Below, piece after piece: positions 1-37,111 of a DNA stretch of 64,000 bases (position 1 is the stretch's first letter; every line of letters begins with the position of its first letter). Under the pieces are notes generated by a model that saw nothing but the letters and a program-made list of their open reading frames with translations, did not search any database and was not told where the DNA came from. Source of the stretch: Felis catus (Eukaryota); contig NC_058382.1 in the NCBI RefSeq assembly GCF_018350175.1, positions 8,184,001 to 8,248,000 on the forward strand, written 5' to 3'. Position numbers and translations under genes: made by a program.

Positions 1-120
1 GAGCCTGGAGCCTGTTTCAGATTCTGTGTCTCCCTCTCTCTGACCCTCCCCCGTTCATGCTCTGTCTCTCTCTGTCTCAAAAATGAATAAACGTTAAAAA
101 AAATAATAAAAAAAAAAGAA
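1..120 (+). mobile_element. CAN-SINE (SINEC) 3' half
   Basis: gagcctggagcctgtttcagattctgtgtctccctctctct followed by an A-rich tail. Confidence 0.9.
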
Positions 121-174
121 AATGGGATGTAGTTAGGGATATGGGGTTGAAACTGAGGTACCTGCAGTTTGCAT

Positions 175-660
175 AACTTTTCTACTGCTGTCTATTAAAA
201 CAACAACAACAACAACAAAACATGACAGCCGAAAACAGCAAACATTTATTATCTCGCAGTTTCTGAAAGTCAGGAACTCTGCAAGGCAGGAGTCTGGCTC
301 AGGGTCTCTCATGAGGTTACATCTAAGAGGTCAGTTGGGCCGCAGTCATCTGAAGGACTGAATGGGGCGGGAGACTCTCCTTTAAAGATCGTTCCCTCAC
401 ATGTTCCTCCCTGGTGGTTGGCAGGAGGCCTCGGTTCTTCATGACGTGGGCCTCTCCATAGGCTGCTTGGATGTCCCCATGACACGGCAGACGGCTTCCC
501 GCAGAGCAAGTGATTCCGAGAGGGCGCAAGAAGGAAGCCAGGATATCTTTCACGTCAGTCACTTCTACCACATTCTTTTAGGAAAATGAGTCACTAAGTC
601 CAGTCTATACTCAAGGGGAGAAGGATTAAGGTCCACCTTGTGGAGGGAAGAGTGTCGACG
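175..660. mobile_element. MaLR LTR (MLT1-like) remnant
   Basis: Characteristic MLT1 phrases: acatttattatctcgcagtttctg, ctggctcagggtctctcatgaggtt, cagtcatctgaagg, agtcacttctaccacattct, gagtcactaagtccag. Confidence 0.7.
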
Positions 661-1084
661 TCTTTGTGGGGAAAAAAAAAATATTTTTAATTAAGTAAAC
701 TTGACCTCCAATATGGAGCTTGAATTCACGATCCCAAGATCAAGAGCTGCACGCTCTACTGACTGAGCGGGGCAGGTGCCCCGCTTGTCGACATTTTTGA
801 AAGTACCAGAGTTAGTGGGTTGGGTCTGAAGGTTTGGGTTGGTGGCGGTTAAGCTGTGCACGGTTTTAATTTGTTGTTGGGCTTGTGTGTTGTTACGTTT
901 GCGCTGGTGGAGACCACAGGGCTTGGTGTCATGGAGTACAGGAATCATGGCACTGGTGGGCTGGATCACTGGGGTCTTGGTGTGGTCAGACGGGGTTGGT
1001 GGTGATACGGCTTGAGTTGAGCCTGGGAGATCGTAGTGGTACTGGGGGTCGAGTAGCAGTGTGATCGAGGAGTGTGGTGTTTGT

Positions 1085-1302
1085 TTTTAAATTTTTTTTT
1101 TAACGTTTATTTATTTTTGAGACAGAGAGAGACAGAGCATGAACGGGGGAGGGGCAGAGAGAGGGAGACACAGAATCAGAAGCAGGTTCCAGGATCTGAG
1201 CCATCAGCCCAGAGCCCGACGCGGGGCTCGAACTCACGGACCGCGAGATCGTGACCTGAGCCGAAGCCGGACGCTTAACCGACTGAGCCACCCAGGCGCC
1301 CC
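1085..1302 (-). mobile_element. CAN-SINE (young felid-type SINEC)
   Basis: Full-length reverse copy ending ...gactgagccacccaggcgcccc, with partial TSD gaggagtg(t/c)ggtgttt. Confidence 0.92.
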
Positions 1303-1951
1303 GAGGAGTGCGGTGTTTAAAGCATAACTCTGGGTCAAGTTTAAGTTTGGGGTATGGCGGAGATTGGATGGCAGTTTTGGTCGGGTGATGGAGGTTGGAG
1401 TTGGATGTTTTTGCGCCGTTTGTATGCTTCCGGTTGTGGTTGTGTTGTCGGGGGTAGTGGGGTGTGGCGTTGCGGAGTCATTGGTTTTGGAATCGCGACA
1501 ACGGTCAGGCGGAACATTAGGCAGAGCCTTTCCCAGTTGTGGGTGTGGCATCCGTCACCGAGGAGGAGGTTGGAATGGCTGGGGTTGGGCTGAGGAATAA
1601 GAATTTTGGGGGGTTCATCGGAGGTCTCAACAAGGGTGGCTGGAATGGCGTCGATCTTGATGTTTGGGGTGGGCAGTGGTGTTGGGGCAGCAGGAACTGG
1701 GCTAATGAGAATTTGTGGGGTTATTTGACTGAGACTGGCCTCGGATGGTTGGGTCTGGTGTGACTGGAGCCGGGAATTCAGTAGGAGTAGGCAGGGTTGG
1801 GGGGTGTGCCTGAAATTGATCGTAATGGAGAATTCACGGCTGGGCCTGGGGATGGAGGGGAACTTTTCTTCTCCTCCACCTTGATCCTCACCCCTCCCAC
1901 CCCCTGTGAGCCCAACAGCACAGCGAACACCACACACCCAGCTTACACGTC

Positions 1952-1957
1952 TTTATT
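1952..1957 (-). terminator. CPT1C polyadenylation signal AATAAA
   Basis: tttatt on the plus strand, about 115 nt after the CPT1C stop codon. Confidence 0.8.
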
Positions 1958-2070
1958 GGACCAGATGCGGGATTTCCAAACCCAAACAGGCTGCCTCTTG
2001 TCCTGCACCAACCCAGTTGTCGAGACCCTCTCCCTAGTTCTTGGGGAGGCCAGCTCCCTGCTGGAAGGGG

Positions 2071-19918
<17,848 letters not shown>

Positions 19919-20036
19919 CTAGAGCCCTGGGAGTTGGGACAGAGGGTCATTTTCCAGGCCCCCAGCCTCAGACCCAGGAATCCAGGCTCCCAACCCCCTC
20001 CTCCTGCAGACCCAGGAATCTAGGCCGACGGCTCAC

Positions 20037-20760
20037 CCTTCCCTAACCACCTGAGGGGTCTCGAAGGACTTTGTCAGAGACTCGGGTGTTGGGGGGATGT
20101 CAGTCGGGGGCCTCTGTGAACGCATAGAGAGGCAGGAGGGATAACTCGCGTGAACCCCTTTCGCGACTCTGCTGAGAAGGAAGTGCAAGGCCGTGCGCCC
20201 CTCCCCACGAAAGACTTTCAAGATTCGGGGTTGGGGACGCGAAACCAGCCCAGGGTCGGGTTGCGGGGTCTGGAGAAAAACATTAGTCCGAGACCCATTG
20301 AAATGAACACCTGCCGGACGTTGGCACCGTCCGCCTGGTTTCCGCTTCCCATGCCAAGGCGGGGGAGGGGGGGATGGGACGGGTGGGGAGTGGCGGGGGA
20401 GGAGCAGGGGGAATGTCTATAAATTCTTCCGCTCCAGGATGGCCCAGCGTCCCCTCCCCCCTCCGGGGGCTGGAAGAGGTGGGGGAGGGAGCACCCTACT
20501 GCGCATGCCTCACAGCCAGGGATGCTGAGACTGTGAGCCGATGCGAGCTTCGAGGACAAGTGATGGAGAAGCCCGCACGCCCAACCCAAGACACAGGCCT
20601 CCCGGCCCCGCGGGAGCTCGGGTCCCTCCGGTGCGATACTTACCACGCTGAGTCAGACGTCCGCCGAGCCGATCCTGGAACCCAAGCCCGAGCCCACCCC
20701 CCACCCCCGGTTCAGAGCGCCAGACCCAAGTCTCCCACTTGCATATGTCCAATCCCAGTG
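20037..20760 (-). other. CPT1C: CPT1C 5'UTR exons (20037-20113 and 20644 to about 20760) in a CpG-rich promoter region
   Basis: Donors AAGG|GTGAGC at 20037 and CGTG|GTAAGT at 20644; acceptor TTCACAG at 20114; acceptor of the first coding exon at 19927-19928. The TSS is approximate. Confidence 0.7.
20712..20744 (-). promoter_or_regulatory. uORF (MQVGDLGLAL*) in CPT1C 5'UTR exon 1
   Basis: ATG at 20744-20742 in frame with TGA at 20714-20712. A repressive uORF in the CPT1C 5'UTR is known in other mammals. Confidence 0.65.
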
Positions 20761-21440
20761 CGACGAGTCCACGACTTGGTCGTCGGGCCTCCGGAGCTCC
20801 TGGCCGCTCCCAGTTATCCAACATCCAGGAACCCCGATTTCTGCCTCGCGTGTGCCTTCGCCGGGTAGGCAAGTCCCTGGTTTTGTCCCCGCCCCCTTCC
20901 AACCCTCTGCGTTCTATCCCCGCCCCCTCGAATCGCAGCGTCCAATCCTCTCCCTCCGTTCGCTCCCCAGCCTTCAGTCTTTTTCTACCCGGCCTGATTT
21001 CTCTACCATTGGCTTCCCGGGTTCTAAGCAGCTCCTCTCCTCTGAACCCCAGGTTCTTGAGCTTCCCACTCCGCTTTGTCTCACTCTCCCTCTTTGAAAA
21101 ACGAGGCTCAGCTTGGTACTCATAGCCCACCTTTGGGTACGTGTAAAGTCACGCGCGTGGGTATCGAGCCGGAGCGAATCAAAGTTCTACCATCCCGAGG
21201 AGGGAGGGCTACTTTGGGGAGTTGGGCCCGCCCACCGAAACCGCCCACGGAAAAAGCAGCTGCGCGGATTGAGTGGTGCGAAAGGGAAGCTACAGCAGAT
21301 TGGATTCAAGTGAGCCAGGCAGAGGGACTTCCGTGTGGGAAAAGGTGCACGGATAAAGGGGGAGAATATGTCACAGGCTGAGCTCAGACTGGGAGGCCGG
21401 AATGGGCACAGACAAGCAGAGGCTGAAACGTGAAACTCGT

Positions 21441-21446
21441 TTTATT
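21441..21446 (-). terminator. ADM5 polyadenylation signal AATAAA
   Basis: tttatt about 190 nt after the ADM5 stop codon. Confidence 0.7.
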
Positions 21447-21635
21447 AGGCTCTGGACGATAGTATTCTTTGTACATGCTAGGTCCGGTGTGCACCGAGTC
21501 CAGCCCAGTCACAGCCGGGGGGAGACAGTTTCTGAGTGAGCCCAGGAGATGGAGGGCAAAAGAAACTTGGGATCGTGGCCCCAATACACAGGTAGGTAAG
21601 CTGAGGCCAGAGGAGGAACAGGGACGTGCCCGACG

Positions 21636-22168
21636 TCACCCAGCCAGCCGGGCACTGCGCTGGCCTCTTTTCTTCGGGCCAGGGTCATAGAGACGCAGCA
21701 GGACTCTGGCGTCGCGTTTACGGCGGCGCCCGTAGCTGTGGGGGTCCTGGGGCTCGCGGCCGGCCTTCCCTGAGAGCTCTTTGGTGGAGGCAGAGCTGAG
21801 CCAGTATATAATCTCTGGCAGGCGGTGCGTCTGGCATGTGCCCAGGGAACAGAGGCGCCTGCGGTTCTGGGCGACCTGATGCAGGGGCCGTCTGGGGAAG
21901 GAGCATGGGAGAAGACCGGGTTCAAACAGAATCCTCTCGAGAAAGGGGTCTCGGTGGGGTCGGGGCACCCAGAGCTCCGCCACAGGGCAGGCGCGTGTAC
22001 AGATGACCATTCCACCGACGCGGAAAACCGTGGCCTGAAGAGGGCGCACGCTCCTCGCGGTCTCCTTCCCGCCCGGTCCCCGCCGCCACCCGCTTCTCAC
22101 CTGCCCGCAGAGTCCGGGTCCCCCAGGATGGAGGAGGCGAGAAGCAACAGGAGGACGTGGGAAGTCAT
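21636..22168 (-). CDS. ADM5: Adrenomedullin-5 precursor (calcitonin/CGRP family), 2 coding exons, 107 aa
   Basis: Exon 22101-22168 encodes the signal peptide [22 protein letters not shown] (donor CAG|GTGAGA). Exon 21636-21891 (acceptor CCCCAG) continues in frame [60 protein letters not shown]..., giving a 6-residue Cys ring and a Tyr-Gly-multibasic amidation site. Total 324 nt, syntenic between PRMT1 and CPT1C. Confidence 0.95.
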
Positions 22169-22431
22169 CGTGGGGTGGGGCCGGGAGTGGTCCTTGAAAC
22201 CCCTGGGCGAAGCGGCCCGTCTGGAGTGCGGCCCCGCCCCCTCCCGACTCCCGCTTCAGCGCCGGTCCCCTCCCCCGGGGGGGAAAACCGAGGCCGAGTC
22301 CAGGCCACACCACGCCAGAAGGGAAGACAGAACCCGGATCCCCACGTCCTGTCCTTGGCGTCGGAGCCCCACACGGGTGTGCTGGTCGCACAGCGGCGCT
22401 CTGACCCTGGGAGGCCTCTGGAGAGCGACCC

Positions 22432-22460
22432 TTTTAAGGAGGGAAGAGGGGCGGGGCAGC
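22432..22460 (-). promoter_or_regulatory. Candidate ADM5 core promoter (TTAAAA TATA-like box plus GC box)
   Basis: TTAAAA at 22432-22437 with GGGGCGGGGC just upstream, about 265 nt before the ATG. Confidence 0.4.
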
Positions 22461-23463
22461 TGACACCTGCTAGTGGTGACACAGCTTAGGGCTTCCAGGA
22501 AAGGGGTGGGGGCAGGGAGGCGCTGGGCTTCTGGGACTTCAACCTCAACCCATCAGGGACCCTGCCTTCGAATGGCCAGGCTCCTTCGTGGGCAGGACAA
22601 TGCGGGGCATGTTGCAGAGCCACCTGGGGAGCCACCCGGGGACAAAGGGAGTCTGGGCCCCAGAATAACCGGCGGACACCATCCTGGAAGGGGAAGAGGT
22701 GTAGACAGGTGCGAAGAGCCACAGGGCCTAGGGCTTCAGCTGTACTGAAGCAGGTGTCAGCAGGGCCATGAAAAGGAAAATTCTGGTGGCTCAGGTGGTC
22801 CAGGTCCTGGGACACCATCCTGGGGGACGAGGGGCTCTGTACACAAGGTCGTGGGAAGGGTCGGGTGTGGATCCCATGCCTGCAGCAGAGGCTGAACAGA
22901 GGGTCCCTGGGGAGCTGAGGTTGGGATAGCCTCTGGGGAGGTGGGAGGCCCTGTGGCCCTAGGAGGGGACCCTTCCCTAGTCCCCCAACTCCAAGTTCCA
23001 AGCAAGGCTGGGGAGAGAAGCAGACACCCCCTCCCCACAAGTTCTAGCCCCTAACACCCCCCCCCCATGACTCAGTTTCCCCAGCAGCAGCAGCAGGCAG
23101 GGCAGCAGTCACTGCCAGTCAGCCCTGGCCTGGCCTTGGAGGGTCCCAGACAGGAAAAAACAGCCAGAGGAACAATGTGTGTGCTGGGGGGGGCGGCGGG
23201 GGGAAGATGGCTTTCTGGGAAACCTAAGGGCCCAGCTGTGCTGGGAACCCACACCCCAACCCTCCCCCAGCCCGGCAGGGCAGTGGAGCAGGAGCCCTGC
23301 CCAATGGGGACAAGTGGGAACGGGGCCTCAGGGGGCATGAGTGAGGGGGTTGGGGGAGGACACAGGCCCGGAGAGGCGGACGGGGGAAGTGACCCTGGTG
23401 GAGGGTGTGGAAGGAAGAGACCCCACTCCGCCCCCCAGGAAGCTGAGCCGTCCCAGCTGAGGA

Positions 23464-23469
23464 TTTATT
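23464..23469 (-). terminator. PRMT1 polyadenylation signal AATAAA
   Basis: tttatt about 200 nt after the stop codon. Confidence 0.8.
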
Positions 23470-23670
23470 GGCGTAAATGCAACCATATAAAAACATAAGT
23501 TATGAAAAACACAGTCACGATGTGCCCCCCCTCCCAGCCCAGGCCCCTAAAACCCCCTTCTGAGGGAGGGAAGGAGAGGAAGGGGGAGCCCCCAAACTGC
23601 CTAAGGATGCCGCAGCCCCTGGGCCCGTGCAGGGCCGGCCCGGCCGGGGTGGGAGAAGCCGGGCGCCGCC

Positions 23671-32943
<9,273 letters not shown>

Positions 32944-33894
32944 CTTCACCCGCACCTACTCCTCCTCCTGCCGCCGAGACCCCCCCCTTTCTCCGCACTC
33001 CCCCGGGACCGCCTTATACCGGAGGGTCCACGGCCCGCCCACCACGACCCCGCCAGGAGATCTCATTGGCAATGGAGGCGGCCCGTCTGAGAATATCGCT
33101 TAGCGACTGGGCAACGAAGACGCCCATCAAAGTTGACGGGCCCGCCCAGTCTGGTGTGCGGAGCCCCGCCCCCTTAAGTCGACGGGATGGGAAAGACCGT
33201 CCGTCTATCGCAAGAACTGCGACTATGATTGGGCAAAGTCTACCAGAAGTTCCCGCCCCTGCTCCGCCAAGCACCGCCTCAAAATTTCCCGGTGGGCCCC
33301 GCGCTAAGCAGACATCTTGAAAGAGAGCTGTCCATCACCTAAACAACCCGCCTCTTAATAGCTGCTATTGGTTTATCTGGAATGTGACGTCATGAATACG
33401 TTGGACAAGCCCTGTCAAGCTGCTGGTCTCAAGGAGAATGCGGCGATTGGCCCACGAGGAGTGAGGGAGGGCGGTCTTTGGGCTCCAGCTATTGGCTCAA
33501 AGGAACTGTCACTCCTCCTCCCTTGGAGGAGGCTTCTCCAAGGAGCATTGGGTGGCTTCTCCCAGCCCTATGGGCGTTCAGAAGAAACAAGGGAGTTTGT
33601 GCCCACTTACCTGAGGGACAGTGAGAGGCTCAAAGAAAAGGAGGGCTTGTCTGGGTCCGAAACAAGTCAGCTATAGGACTCAGGCCTCACGACATATAGC
33701 CACCTAGTCCTCTACCTGACTGTCCCGAGTTTTCTAAATACAACCCCGCTCAAGCCACTTGGCCTTCGCCGGGTCCCCGCCCCCGCTGGAATACTCACCT
33801 CCCTTTGCCTGTCAACTCTTGTACATCTTTCTGGGCACACCTGAGATGCCACCTCTTCTGGGAAGCTTTTCTCCTCTTGCAGAAAAAATTACTA

Positions 33895-34328
33895 CAGACC
33901 TTCCTGACTTATGATGGGGTTACGTCCCCGCCCCCAATAAACTGATAGTAAGTTAAAAATAACGGAACTTGAAAATGCATTTAATCCACCTAACCAGCCG
34001 AAAATCATAGCTCAGCAATGTTTGGAATACTTACATTAGCCTACACTTGGGCGACATCATCCAACACAGAGAGTATTTTATACTTAAATGTTGAATATCT
34101 CATATAATTAATTCATCGAATGCTGTTAGCATGGTTGTATGGGTGCAGAGTGGTTGTATGTGCATTGGTTGTTTACCCTCGTGATTGCTTGGCTGTGAGC
34201 TGTGGCCTAACATTAGAGATCACGAGCTCAGAGAAAGATCCAAATTCAAACTCATAGTTTCTAACGCAGGGTGTACCCCTTTCACATCAAAAATTGCAAG
34301 TTGAACCATCATGAGTGGAGGACATCTG
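33895..34328. mobile_element. TcMar-Tigger non-autonomous DNA transposon (MER47/Tigger5-like)
   Basis: Starts TA|CAGACCTTCCTGACTTATGATGGGGTTACG and ends GAACCATCATGAGTGGAGGACATCTG, forming degenerate terminal inverted repeats. Confidence 0.7.
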
Positions 34329-34339
34329 CAGTTGAATGA

Positions 34340-35260
34340 AGGTGAATGCAACCCGAAGAATATATCCATCACCCCACAAATTTCCTTCATGAGTCTTTTG
34401 TAGTCAGTACCTCTCCCACCCACCCCACCCCAGAAGCGATCACTTTCTGTTTTCTGTGGCTTCAATGTAGCTTTTTCTTTTCTAAAATTTCAAATGAATG
34501 GAATTATACAGTATGTTTTCTTTTGTGTTAGTCCTCTTTCACTCAACATAATGCTTTTGAGAGTCATTCCAAGTTGTTCCATGTAACGTTTCTGCAAACT
34601 TTTTTATTGCTGAGGAGAATTCCATTGTACGGATGTATCACAGTTTATCCATTTCCCTGTTGATGGACATTGTATACTTTGGGGGGCTATGAAGATAAAG
34701 TGGCTATCCCTGTTCGTGCATGAGTCTTTCTGTGGACTCACTGTCTTTTATTTCTCTTGGGTAAACCTAGGAGCAGATGGCTAAGCTGTATGCTAGGCGT
34801 ATCTTTATCTATAAGACATTGCCAAAAAGTTTTCCAGTGCCTTCTACCACTTTGCCTTCCCATCAGTGATGCATGAGGAGCCCCTGTTGCTCCACATCCT
34901 CACCAGCACTTATGAAGATCAGTGTTTAAGGGTGTCTGGGTGGCTCAGTCAGTTAAGCCTCCGACTTCCTCTCGGGTCATGATCTCACAGTTGGTGAGTT
35001 CGAGCCCCACCTCGGGCTCTGTGCTGACAGCTCAGATTCTAGAGCCTGCTTCAGATTCTGTGTCTCCCTCTCTCCGCCCCTCCCCTACCCATGCTCTGTC
35101 TCTCACTCTCGCTCTCAAAAATAAATACACATTTAAAAAAATCGGTATTTAATTGTAACCATTCTGGTGGAAATGAAGAGGTGTGTCATTTTGGTTGTCC
35201 TTGGCATTGTCCTGACCATTAACGTTGAACGTTTTCTCATGTGCTATTGGCCACCGGTAG
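34340..35260 (-). mobile_element. Old L1 fragment with an inserted CAN-SINE (34929-35140)
   Basis: ttttattgctgaggagaattccattgtacggatgtatcacagtttatccatt ... gttgctccacatcctcaccagcactt. Confidence 0.75.
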
Positions 35261-35309
35261 AATTCCTTTTTTGTTTGTTTCTTCATTTATCTATTTTTGA
35301 GAGAGAACA

Positions 35310-35865
35310 CGAGTGCTACTCTTGGGGTCATTTTAAACAACGAAATCACCATAAAAAGTACAAATATGCAGGGGCGCCTGGGTGGCTCAGTTGGTTAAGT
35401 GTCCGACTTCAGCTCAGGTCATGATCTCGCGGTATGTGAATTCAAGCCCCGCGTTGGGCTCTTGTGTTGACAGCTCGGAGCCTGGAGCCTGCTCCGGATT
35501 CTGTGTCTCCCTCCCTCTCTCTCTGCTTCTCCCCCATTCGCACTCTGCCTCTCTGGCTCTCTCTCTCAAAAATAAATAAACATTTTTGTAAAAAAAAAAA
35601 AAAAGTACAAATATGCAAAAAAATGTAGCACTAAACAGATTGAGGAAAGGATACTCATTTGCAGCATGACAGCTGAAACAAGAAGGCAGGGTGCCATCTG
35701 GCTCAACCTTAGCCAAAAAGGTGCACAGTGGGTGTCAAATCTTTTGCTGCCCTGGACGTATGCATGCCTACCAACAACCACCGTGTTAATTTGGGGATTA
35801 CAAATGAATTTTAGCGAGTAGGCAAAATTCACAAATCTGCCGTCTGTGAATGAGATTCAACTGTA
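35310..35865. mobile_element. Tigger2-like DNA transposon fragment with an inserted CAN-SINE (35371-35600)
   Basis: Ends ...ttttagcgagtaggcaaaattcacaaatc...gattcaactgta; the SINE is flanked by TSD aaaaagtacaaatatgca. Confidence 0.65.
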
Positions 35866-36005
35866 ACTGGCTTCCTGTGTCACCTTGTACAGACCGTTTT
35901 GTATATTTACAAAGAGAATTTTGTGAAGGGGGCTATAGCCCTAAAAAGGTGACAACCCCCTGGTCTATAGGTAGATGAGTAACTGGCCAAAAAGACTCAG
36001 AAGGA

Positions 36006-36267
36006 GGGGCACCTGCGTGGCTCAGTCAGTTGAGCATCCGACTTCTAATTTCAGCTCAGGTCATGATCCCAGGGTTGTGGGATCGAGCCCCACCTTGGGC
36101 TCTGAGCTGAGCATGGGGCCTGCTTAAGATCCACTCTCTCTTGGCACGCCTGGGTGGCACAGTTGGTTGAGCGTCCGACTTTGGCTCAGGTCATGAGCCC
36201 CCACGTCAGGCTCTGTGCTGACAGCTCAGAGCCTGGAGCCTGCTGTCTGTGTCTCCCTCTCTCTCTC

Positions 36268-36302
<35 letters not shown>

Positions 36303-36893
36303 CTCTCTCTCTCTCCCCGGCTCACACACTCTACCTCTAAAAATAAAATAAATCTTCAAAAAAAAGGGTGGTGTTCCGGGTGCCCCGTGTAGGAAGATCA
36401 TAGCTTTCGTTTGGAAATAGCTGGAGAGACTTCATGGCCATCAACACAGGAGTAACTGGAATGCATAAATCATGCAACAGGAAAACAAAATGTAATTAGC
36501 TGGAATCATATCTGTAGATATCCTCAAGTCTGCAAGTATGATCAGGTGACAGACACTTGTAGGTACTCCAAAGAAATATTTCTGAAAAGAATGAATTGGC
36601 TCTTTCCTCAAGTTATGAGCCAGACAGAGAGAGAGAGAGAGAGAGAGATCTGAGCCAAATCTCCTACTTATTTATTTTTTGAAAGTTTATTTATTTATTT
36701 TGAGAGAAGAGAGAGACACACACAGCGCGAGTGGGGAAGGGGCAGGGAGAGAGGGAGAGAGAGAGAATCCCAAGCAGGCTCTGCACTGTCAGCACAGAGC
36801 CCGATGAGGGGCTCAAAGTCACAAACCACGAGATCTCATATGACCTGAGCCCACATCGAGATGCTCAACCGCCTGAGCCACCCAGGCGCCCCC
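36006..36893. mobile_element. CAN-SINEs (36006-36140 +, 36144-36365 +, 36670-36893 -)
   Basis: SINEC consensus; TSD aaatctcctactta around the last copy. Confidence 0.85.
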
Positions 36894-37111
36894 AAATCTC
36901 CTACTTACAACTCTAGTTCTCAAGATAAAGGACAAACCATTGAATACTTGAAAAAGTCTTTAATGTGAAAAAATTTAAAACAATTTCTTTTTGGCAGAAA
37001 CAGGCAGGGCAACCCACCCCACAACCCTGAGTGGAACAGGAAGGTTTGGCAAAGCACAGGAAGAGCATAGAGACATGAGGTCTAATCTGGTAGCAGCTTC
37101 TGAGGAAGATC

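Noticed and set aside
21636-22391. 251-aa single-exon ORF over ADM5
   Set aside because: Only its last 84 codons are ADM5. The rest is intron and upstream sequence with no signal peptide; the spliced model fits far better.
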